Notes under the pieces: generated by a model | Database searches by the model: none | What the model was told of the DNA's origin: nothing | What the model saw: the letters and a program-made list of their open reading frames with translations, nothing else | From: Somniosus microcephalus | Lineage: Eukaryota | DNA length: 64,000 nt | Direction of reading: 5' to 3' | Assembly: GCA_052327205.1 (NCBI GenBank) | Contig: CM126234.1 | Span: 29,698,001 to 29,762,000 of the forward strand | Made by a program: the position numbers and the translations under genes | In this document: one piece after another, positions 63,510 through 64,000 of the stretch | Layout: every line of letters begins with the position of its first letter | How positions within the stretch are numbered: position 1 is the stretch's first letter

Positions 63510-64000
63510 GAAACTGCTTAAACCATTGAGAAATGATCCATATCGGCCTACTCCTGAGGTCCCCACCATCACAGAAGTCAGTCTTCAGCCAATTCGATTC
63601 ACTCCACATGATATCAAGAAACGGCTGAGCGCACTGGATACAGCAAAGACTATGGGCCCTGACAACATCCCGGCTATCGTGCTGAAGACTTGTGCTCCAG
63701 AACTAGCCACGCCTCTAGCCAAGCTGTTACAGTACAACTACAACACTGGCATCTATCCGACAATGTGGAAAACTGCCCAGGTATGTCCTGTCCACAAAAA
63801 GCAGGACAAATCCGACCCGGCCAATTACCGCCCCATCAGTCTACTCTCAATCATCAGCAAAGTGATGGAAGGTGTCGTCGACAGTGCTATCAAGCGGCAC
63901 TTACCAATAACCTGCTCGCTGATGCCCAGTTTGGGTTCCGCCAAGACCACTCGGCTGCCGACCTCATTACAGCCTTGGTCCAAACATGGACAAAGGAGCT
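63510..64000 (+). mobile_element. Non-LTR retrotransposon RT N-terminal region, runs off the window
   Basis: Translates as MGPDNIPAIVLKTCAPELATPLAKL...WKTAQVCPVHKKQDKSDPANYRPISLLSIISKVMEG. Confidence 0.85.

Overview
Vertebrate genomic DNA, almost certainly from a cartilaginous fish (shark), judged from its repeats: Deu-domain SacSINE1-like SINEs, CR1 and L2 LINEs, Penelope elements and LF-SINE-like fragments. The only host protein-coding genes I can support are two tandem + strand ZC3H10-like CCCH zinc-finger/coiled-coil paralogs with single-exon CDSs. Copy A (10009-10680) has lost finger 2 through a clean in-frame deletion; copy B (35581-36420) keeps all three fingers. Both lack the long C-terminal tail of mammalian ZC3H10. 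The whole transcription unit is duplicated: upstream block, splice acceptor, 5'UTR, 3'UTR blocks and distal polyA site. A CpG-island promoter at the window start looks bidirectional. Most other ORFs are repeat fragments or noise. Best leads: (1) the two-finger versus three-finger paralog pair, with the ZC3H10 RNA motif GCAGCGC (exact in B, one mismatch in A) in a conserved block of their own 5'UTRs and a candidate shared uORF; (2) an ENE/triple-helix-like U-rich double internal loop in a CR1 3'UTR; (3) a TIR element carrying a ~780 bp near-perfect hairpin and covarying sub-terminal stem-loops, just downstream of copy B. All alignments were done by eye, and comparisons to human ZC3H10 and repeat consensuses are from memory.
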